From positions 1 through 7,824 of the forward strand of contig NW_021828739.1 in NCBI RefSeq assembly GCF_006345805.1: a DNA stretch of 7,824 nucleotides. Direction: 5' to 3'. The notes beneath the pieces are model-generated. The model saw only the letters and a list, made by a program, of their open reading frames with translations, made no database searches and was not told the origin of the DNA. The position numbers were made by a program, and so were the translations under genes. This document shows, in pieces, positions 1 through 7,087 of the stretch (positions are counted from its first letter, which is position 1; every line of letters begins with the position of its first letter). Source of the stretch: Octopus sinensis. Lineage: Eukaryota.

Positions 1-30
1 ACCCACAAGGGGCGAACATAGAGGGAACAA
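1..30 (-). mobile_element. Short fragment of a SINE 3' tail (same family as 7088-7286)
   Basis: acccacaaggggcgaacatagagggaacaa closely matches accacaaggggctaaacatagaggggacaaacaa at 7087-7120; similarity stops after about position 30. Confidence 0.65.
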
Positions 31-179
31 TACAATCACAATCTGATTGCCACGTTTAAATAAGAAATGAAAATCGTTTAGTTAATCATGCAATTTTGGG
101 AATGTTCCATTTTTTACTGATATATACTACAATAACAAAGAAATTATTTAAGATTTTAGATTTATGCATTCTTATGGTT

Positions 180-460
180 CCAAAACGCATGGTTCTCAGT
201 TCAGTCCTACTGTGTGGTAACTTGGCATGTGTCTTCTACTATAGCCTGAGACCAACCAAAGCCTTGTCAGTGGATTTTGTAGACAGAAACTGAAAGAAAT
301 CAATCGTATATATATGTATGTATGTATGTAAGTCTGTGTGTGTGTCTTTGTGTTTCTCCCTCATCACTGCTTCACAACTGGTGTTCGTTTATTTACATCC
401 CCATAACATACTGGTTTCACAAGAAGAAACTGATAGAATAAGTACCAGGCTTATCAAAAT
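180..460 (+). mobile_element. Degenerate, 5'-eroded tRNA-derived SINE (octopus OR/CORE-like family) with internal (TA)/(TATG)/(TG) microsatellite
   Basis: 189-293 aligns at roughly 80% (hand alignment) to the reverse complement of the SINE at 6499-6663, including an exact 17-mer gtgtcttctactatagc (229-245 vs 6562-6578). A B-box remnant agttcagtcc lies at about 199-208. The 3' part ends near gatagaataagtaccaggctt. The family name is from recall. Confidence 0.8.
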
Positions 461-528
461 TTAAAAAAGCTCTACGCAGTGTCTCACATTTTTGTTTGCC
501 CACTCAGTTGTATCTATCAATTTATCTT

Positions 529-556
529 TGTGTGTGTGTGTGTGTGTGTGTATGTG

Positions 557-616
<60 letters not shown>
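529..616. repeat. Compound microsatellite (TG)n then (TA)n
   Basis: Directly visible; source of the artefactual ORFs 461-643 and 517-789. Confidence 0.97.
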
Positions 617-664
617 GGATTTCGTGGACAGGAACTGAAACAAATCAATCGTATATATATGTAT
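609..664 (+). repeat. Left copy of 56-bp direct repeat flanking the LINE (candidate TSD)
   Basis: atatatatggatttcgtggacaggaactgaaacaaatcaatcgtatatatatgtat matches 3386-3441 without gaps (offset 2777); mismatches at 626, 637, 638 and 646. Confidence 0.85.
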
Positions 665-685
665 ATATGTAAGTGTATGTGTTTT

Positions 686-3312
686 AGTATTGGCAAAATG
701 AATGACAATGGCCAGAGACTACTTGAATTTTGCACATACCATAACCTGTGCATCACCAACACATTCTTTCCCAACAAGACATCCCACAAGGCATCTTGGA
801 GACATCCAAGATCTCACCACTGGCATCAGTTGGATCTCATCGTTACACGAAGATCCTTTCTGAATTCTGTTCAACTGACCCGTAGCGCGGATTGTGACAC
901 AGATCATTCACTAATAAGAAGGGTGAGGATTCTGCCTAAAAAGTCCATCACTCCAAGAAAATGAGCCAACCACGCATTAACACTGCCAGAACCTCGGACC
1001 CTACACTGCGACAATGTTTTGCTGTTTCTGTCAAGGTTGCCCTCAGTAGCTGCCCAACCTCCTCTGCTGAAAGTAGGTGGAATTATATCAGGGAAGCTTC
1101 GTATACCACATCAATAGATACTTTCGGAATGAGAGAAAGGTAAAACCCAGATTTTGTTCAGTGCTGGGCTCTCAGAGCTGGAAACAGTTATCGAAGCAAA
1201 GCGTGCAGCTCTGACTCAATACAAGAGTGTTTCTTCTACAAAGTCACTCGAAGAACTCAGAAAGGCAAGAAATAAAACCCAACTCACTGCCAGACGCTGT
1301 GCAAAGGGGTATTGACAGGAAATCTGTCAGAGTATCCAGTCAGCTGCTGACAGTGGCGACACCCGTGGGATGTATGCCGGTTTGAAGAAGGCCCTCGGTC
1401 CATCCGCAACCACCTCAGCCCCTCTGAAATCAACTACTGGAGATCTCATCAAGGACCAAAGCAAGCAAATGGATACATGGATGGAGTACTACCAGGATCT
1501 CTACTCACGAGAGGTAGCTGAGGCTGCAATCGAGGGTGTCAAGATCTTGCCAGTTATGTGTGAACTTGACAGTCTGCCATCTATAGCAGAGCTCACCAAA
1601 TCTATTGACTCCTTAGCAAGTAACAGGGCTCCGGGAAAAGACGGCATCCCCTTAGAGATCATCAAAACCGGCAAAAACATCATCCTGCTTCGGCACATTC
1701 ATGAGCTTCTGTGTCAGTGCTGGTTAGAGGGTACAGTCCCTCAGAATATGCGGGATGCTAACATCATTACGCTTTACAAAAATAAAAGTGACAGTGATGA
1801 TTGTAACAATTACCGTGGAATATCTCTTCTAAGCACAGTTGGAAAGGCCTCTACTCGCATTATCCTGTCCAGGCTGCAACTAATTGCTTCTCGAATTTAT
1901 CCAGAATCGCGGTGTGGCTTTAGAAGAAGCAGATCAACTATTGACATGATATTCTCCATACGCCAACTTCAGAAGTCCAGAGAGCAGAACATGCCATTAT
2001 ATATGGCCTTCATTGATCTGACAAAGGGCTTTGACTTGGTAAGTAGAAAAGGCCTCTTCATCCTGCTCCAAAAAATCGGATGTTCACCAAAGCTGCTGAG
2101 GATCATCAAATCATTCCATGCTAATATGCAAGGCACCATACAGCACAATGGTTCAACATCAGCCGCCTTCCAAATAAAAAATGGGGTAGAGCAAGGTTGT
2201 GTCCTTGCTCCTACATTATTTGGCATCTTCTCGCTGCTGCTGTCACATGCCTTTGAGACATCAGATGATGGAGTGTTTCTGCACAGTAGAAGTGATGGGA
2301 AACTGTTCAATCTCTCGCGTCTGCGTGCCAAGACCAAAATCTCAGAAGCGTCCTGATCAAGGAGATGCTATTTGCTGATGATGCCGCTCTGGTATCACAC
2401 ACAGAAGAAGCCCTACGAAGGCTCAGCAACTGTTTTGAGCAAGCATTTGGCAACTTTGGCTTAGTTATCAGCCTCAAGAAGACCAGCATCATGGGTCAGG
2501 CTACATCGGACATCCCAAACATACATATTGGAGACCACAGAGTATAGGAGGTGGAGAAGTTTACCTATCTTGGCTCTACCGTCACCTACAACCTATCCCT
2601 TGATGCTGAGCTCAATATACGCATTGGCAAGGCAGCTGTTGTGATGGCCCAACTCACCAAACACGCATGGGACAACAATAAGCTGACCAAGACCACAAAA
2701 ATGAAGATTTACCAGGCATGTGTACTTAGCACTCTACTGTATGACTTTGACGCCATACACACGCCATACGACGCCATACGTCGCCTAAATATCTTTCACC
2801 TGCGCTGTCTCCGGAAAATCCATCGCATCAAATGGCAGAATCATGTCCCTAACAAAGATGTCCTCAAGCAAGCAGGAATACCAAGCATGTTTGCACTCTT
2901 CACACAAAGACGTATGAGATGGCTTGGACATGTTAGCTGTATGGAAGATGGCAGAATCCCCAAATACATACTCAACGGAGAGCTTGCTAGGGGCACTAGG
3001 TCTGTGGGAAGACGGTTCTTACGATACAAGGATGTTTGCAAAAGGGACATGAATGCCTGCAACATCAATATTACCAACTGGGAAGCAGTTGCCAGCAACC
3101 GTGGAGATTGGCGACGTACCGTAAAAGAGGGAACACAAAGGAGTGACATAGTGAGAAAGGAAAAATGGAAAGACAAGAAAAGACGTCAACAAGAAACTAT
3201 GACATTACAACCAGTCAGGCAAAGTCTTCGCTACATTTACGGCACCTGCCAGAGGGAGTGTTTGTCCCAGATAGGACTACACAGCCACAGCAAGAGATGT
3301 ATTAGGACATGA
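686..3312 (+). pseudogene. Disrupted EN-RT polyprotein ORF of the RTE element
   Basis: The track ORFs 659, 961, 1370, 2365 and 2551 join into one protein. Lesions: about -1 at 944, TAA 1141-1143, about +1 at 1153, TGA 1313-1315, about +2 (tc duplication) at 2342, TAG 2545-2547. The natural stop is TGA 3310-3312. Confidence 0.9.
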
Positions 3313-3385
3313 AATGTAAAAGCCGGACTAGATTATTTTATGCGCAACTCTATTGTCTCCCGAGACAAAAAGGATGCCAACAACA
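687..3385 (+). mobile_element. 5'-truncated, inactivated RTE-clade non-LTR retrotransposon (LINE)
   Basis: Shows the APE endonuclease C-terminus (GKMNDNGQRLLEFC, LCITNTFF, HWHQLDLIVTRR, ADCDTDH) and RT motifs (APGKDGIP, NYRGISLLS, GFRRSRSTIDMIF, FIDLTKGFDLV, GVEQGCVLAPTLF, LFADD). C-terminal FTYLGS and RWLGHV..M motifs are present. The short 3' UTR ends in a trinucleotide (CAA)3 tail at 3378-3386, which is typical of RTE. Confidence 0.93.
3353..3368 (+). other. 3' UTR stem-loop of the LINE (ttgtct-cccg-agacaa)
   Basis: Perfect inverted repeat ttgtctc/gagacaa about 10 nt upstream of the (CAA)n tail. Confidence 0.6.
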
Positions 3386-3441
3386 ATATATATGGATTTC
3401 GTAGACAGGAACTATAACAAATAAATCGTATATATATGTAT
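3386..3441 (+). repeat. Right copy of 56-bp direct repeat (candidate TSD)
   Basis: Starts at the last base of the (CAA)3 tail; 52/56 identical to 609-664. Confidence 0.85.
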
Positions 3442-3718
3442 GTAGCTTTTTACATTCTGAGATTTAATAATACATTTTAGAGAGTTACTTCCCTTATATA
3501 AACCGAGCGAAAATGCATTAAAAATGCGGAAAAAATTATGGTAATTTTTTTTTTAATCGTAAACTCATCGTAGACGTGCGCTAATACCCAGAAGGGCTCG
3601 ATATGAATCACAACTATAAGATACCCGATTTTGGTTAAACTGCACTGCAAAATGTGGGAGTAGTTAGGAATCTAAATCGTAGGAGACAGATACACAACCT
3701 CTCTTTTATATATAAAGA
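3442..3718 (-). mobile_element. Putative non-autonomous Helitron-like element, 5' fragment
   Basis: The minus strand starts A^TCTTTATATATAAAAG at 3718, matching the A^TC...TATATATAAA start common to invertebrate Helitrons. No 3' hairpin/CTRR end is seen and the sequence stops abruptly at the right TSD. The family call is from recall only. Confidence 0.45.
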
Positions 3719-3759
3719 TAAACTCAAAGAGCAACTAGAAAGTGAAAGTAGTATCTAAC

Positions 3760-4160
3760 TTAGGATGTCTCATAGATAGTGGTGGCAATGGTGTTGGAGG
3801 TGGTAGATGTGGTTATCATGGCAGTGGTGGTGGTGGTGTAGTGGTGACAGTGGATGTGTATGATGGCAGCAATTATAGTGTTGGTGTTTTTATAGAGGTG
3901 GTGGTGGTGGTGGCGGCGGCAGTGGATGATAATGATAATGATGATGATAGTAGTAGTAGCATTGATTATGTTAGGATGTCTCATGGATGGTAGTGTTGAA
4001 GACATTGCAGAGTGTAGTGGTGGTGAAATTGGTGATTTTGAATATGATGCTGGTATTGGTCTTGGGGTTGTGGTGGTGGCATTGGAGGTTGTAGTAATGG
4101 TTGTGGTGGTGGTTGTGAAGATGATTCTGATATTGATAGTCTTTGCATTGAGGTGGTGGC
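3760..4160. repeat. Cryptic trinucleotide low-complexity tract (GTG/GAT/GTA) containing a 25-bp direct repeat at 211-bp spacing
   Basis: Runs of gtggtg, gatgat and agtagt. ttaggatgtctcat occurs exactly at 3760-3773 and 3971-3984, extending to 22/25 identity. Confidence 0.85.
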
Positions 4161-5593
4161 TGAGTCAGAGTAAATAATAAGAGCCCAGTTAACACAAGAT
4201 TCTTAAAGTTCGGAGATCATAAGATAGAGAGCAAGAAGTTAAAAGTTCCAATACTGGCCCAATACCTACACCCCAGATTCTTCAACTACTTTATAAGAAA
4301 GGGGTTAATGGCAGGATAGGGATTCAGCTTTAAAATAAATTGTATAACAAAAAATACATAAATAAATTACTGCTCCAACGATGTAATTTTAGTATGTGTG
4401 TATGTATGTATGTGTGTGTAAGCAATGCAAACAATGGAAAATAATTTAAACACTCATTTTCTGATTTCTAAGGATGGATATTTATGCGTATGAATCTTTT
4501 TCTTTTTATTTTCTTTCAAATATAATCCTAGGGAACTGAAAAAGCTGTGTACGATGCCAAGCGAATTTAGCTATCTACGATGAGCGGATGCTTACGTTAC
4601 AAACGAATCTGTAGGTCTGTTTACATGTTTACGTTAACTACGTCACAAAATAGCTGTTTACGTCACAGTAACAATATTTTGAGAGGCAGTAAATAATATG
4701 AGGCCGAAAGAAAGAATACCATTGGTTAAAATTCATTTTGGTTTACAGTTATGTTTTCTTTTGACACATTCTACCAGTATACGAAGTTTCAAATTGTTTA
4801 GTTAACTAGGAAAATCTGGCCTTCAAACTGAAAAGATCCGTCTTTTATTTTAATTTATATTATTATTATTTTTAAGATAAATTTTTAATTATTTTAAGTT
4901 TTAGATTTTTAATTTAGGTTTATCTGATATTTTGAAATGATAGGAATATTTTTCCGCAATTATATTCTCACTTAATTTGATTTGTTTATTGGTAAAGAAA
5001 ACTACTCCGTTATACTTGAAGGAAGCCATTTGTAAATATGCGACATTCTTTTCTTTTAAAATCCGATTATTAACTTTGAATTATTATATTATGTTCTAGT
5101 AGATAATATATTGGTTTAAAATTTTTTAATTAATTAACTCTATAATTCTTAGTAGTAAATATATTTTTTTCATTAACTTACCTGTAGGTTGATTGTCTAT
5201 TTTGTTTTGCATAGACGATAATTGCAGATGTCGTTAACAAATATTTATAAATTGTGAATGGTTATTTGAATTAACACTGAAGTGGATTTATATAATTTTC
5301 TGTTTTTGATCGTTCTGGCGTTCGGTTAATTTCTTTCTATCATAAATTTAATCGTTTGCTCCATTCTGGGCTCTTGTAAAAGTCTTTATAATTCTGTTGG
5401 TTGAACCCATTCATTCCAATAAGGAATTCTTGAGGAAAAGCCTAATTTATGATTTCAAAAGAGTTATACTTCGTTTTGTTTTGAATTAATTCGGCTTGGA
5501 AACACTTGTAGAGTTTTTATTGGATATATGTACCAACTTGGAATAATGTAACGTCTACGCTTCTATTTTTCCTTTCTTTATATATATATATAA

Positions 5594-5688
<95 letters not shown>
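5594..5688. repeat. (GATA)23 tetranucleotide microsatellite, flanked by (TA)n and (CA)n/(TA)n
   Basis: Perfect GATA units from 5597 to 5688; TA tracts at about 5579-5592 and 5703-5748. Confidence 0.97.
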
Positions 5689-5712
5689 CACACACGCACA
5701 CACATATATATG

Positions 5713-5741
<29 letters not shown>

Positions 5742-5744
<3 letters not shown>

Positions 5745-6498
5745 ATATAAAGAACGTGAAATTCACGAATTGACGAACATGGAAAACAGACAGTCATTCG
5801 GAGCCTTCATTCTTCAGTCAGAAACCGATTCATCATGGCAAATTTCGGCTGTTTAATTCTGAGATTTGCTCCAAAACGGCCAGCCCCAAGGAAAAGCTAA
5901 GCTATGGGCATTAGATTTCCTTGGTACAAGGAAAGAATGTGACAACAGAGATGAATAGGAAAACAAGAGACGAAGATAAAATTGGAAACAATAACGAATA
6001 AAAACAGGAATGACTTTGAGACAAAATGAGACAAAAACAATTGATCAGCAAGCGTGGAAAGCGGTTACCTTTTCGGTAGAGAAGACACGTGTAGTACAGG
6101 CGGCTGTCACCAATGGAATGGCTTTGTAGCAGCAGGTTGCAAGAAGGTGAGAGAGAAAGAGAGACAGAGAGAGAGAGGGGATTAAGGAGGGCCGAGAACA
6201 GAAGCAATGACCAAGAGAGAGAGAAAGAAAGAATTAAAGAGGGTGAGAGGAAGAGGCGCCAAAATAACTTGGTAAAGAAGCGCCAAAATACCTTGGGAAA
6301 GGGAAAGTTAAAGTTGAAGAAGTCGTGCAATGGTGGAGATATGACAAACATAAATGGATTGGTGCACGTACGCTGCGATAATATAGAATAAAACTTTATA
6401 TATAAAGAACGTGAAATTCACGAATTGACGAACACGGAAAACAGACAGTCATTCGGAGCCTTCATTCTTCAGTCAGAAAGCGATTCATCATGGCAAAT
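5742..6498. repeat. Partial tandem element: 655-bp unit bounded by 102-bp direct repeats (5742-5843 and 6397-6498); unclassified, probably a non-autonomous TE
   Basis: The two 102-bp copies are colinear with only 2 substitutions (5780/6435, 5825/6480). The interior is purine-rich, with an (AG)n tract at about 6149-6230. Confidence 0.8.
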
Positions 6499-6663
6499 AT
6501 GTATAGGCTTTTATCAGTTTCCGTCTACCAAATCTACTCACAAGGCTCTGGTCGACCCGTAGCTATAGTAGAAGACACTTGCCGAAGGTTCCACGCAGTG
6601 AGACTAAACTCGGAACCATGTGGTTGGGAAGTAAGCTTCTCACCACACAGCCACTCCTGCGCC
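6499..6663 (-). mobile_element. 3'-truncated tRNA-derived SINE (same family as 180-460)
   Basis: The minus strand reads ggcgcaggagtggctgtgtggtgagaagc...: A-box-like TGGCTGTGTGG at 6643-6653, degenerate B-box at about 6600-6611, followed by the body homologous to 189-293. Confidence 0.85.
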
Positions 6664-6669
6664 TATATA

Positions 6670-6722
<53 letters not shown>
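6664..6722. repeat. (TA)n microsatellite
   Basis: Directly visible. Confidence 0.97.
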
Positions 6723-6729
<7 letters not shown>

Positions 6730-6990
6730 GCCCCATCTGTGTTCCTTAATTGTCCCATCTGTGTTCTCTTATTGTATCTTATTTTATTTTTATTTTCATT
6801 CTTTATAATTTTTGATTATCAATTATAATTATAATCACTATGATTAATATTTTTCTTACATTTTCCAGTGTTTTTCGAAACGTACGTATACATTGTTATA
6901 TAATAAATATATTTCTGTTTCCACAACTTTTCTCCATTTTTTATTACTTGCTTATGGTATATTCTTATAACTATAACGAATCCCACCAAA

Positions 6991-6991
6991 C

Positions 6992-7085
<94 letters not shown>

Positions 7086-7087
7086 TA
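6991..7087. repeat. (TA)n microsatellite
   Basis: Directly visible. Confidence 0.97.

Noticed and set aside
461-789. Minus-strand ORFs 461-643 and 517-789 (IYIYIY, HTHT runs)
   Set aside because: Translations of (TA)n/(TG)n microsatellites.
719-3176. Antisense ORFs within the LINE (719-907, 1501-1698, 1969-2337, 2307-2492, 2841-3176)
   Set aside because: Shadow ORFs opposite a formerly coding strand; no recognisable motifs.
3742-4195. Four overlapping ORFs rich in V/G/D or T/H/I
   Set aside because: Triplet low-complexity DNA is stop-poor in several frames on both strands; no domain or splice support.
4497-4583. Pyrimidine tract plus AG at 4530-4531 followed by ELKKLCTMPSEFSYLR*
   Set aside because: Acceptor-like, but there is no convincing donor, only a short frame and no recognisable protein.
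5340-5440. Minus-strand peptide ...NYKDFYKSPEWSKR resembling an FY.S.EW motif
   Set aside because: A short frame bounded by stops with no further domain residues; likely chance or an unidentifiable TE relic.
5517-5797. ORFs with YLSI repeats
   Set aside because: Translation of (GATA)n and (TA)n.
5911-6391. ORFs 5911-6351 (-) and 6113-6391 (+) inside the 655-bp element
   Set aside because: Composition is driven by the purine-rich (AG)n strand (ERER / SLSL); no RT, transposase or gag motifs.
5844-6396. Reading the 102-bp repeats as a long TSD around a retroposed insert
   Set aside because: The interior has no poly(A) or simple-repeat tail at either end and no LINE homology, so this is less likely than a partial tandem, though not fully excluded.
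6732-6766. 13-bp direct repeat cccatctgtgttc (6732-6744, 6754-6766), weakly like the SINE tail
   Set aside because: Too short to assign; probably a local slippage duplication.
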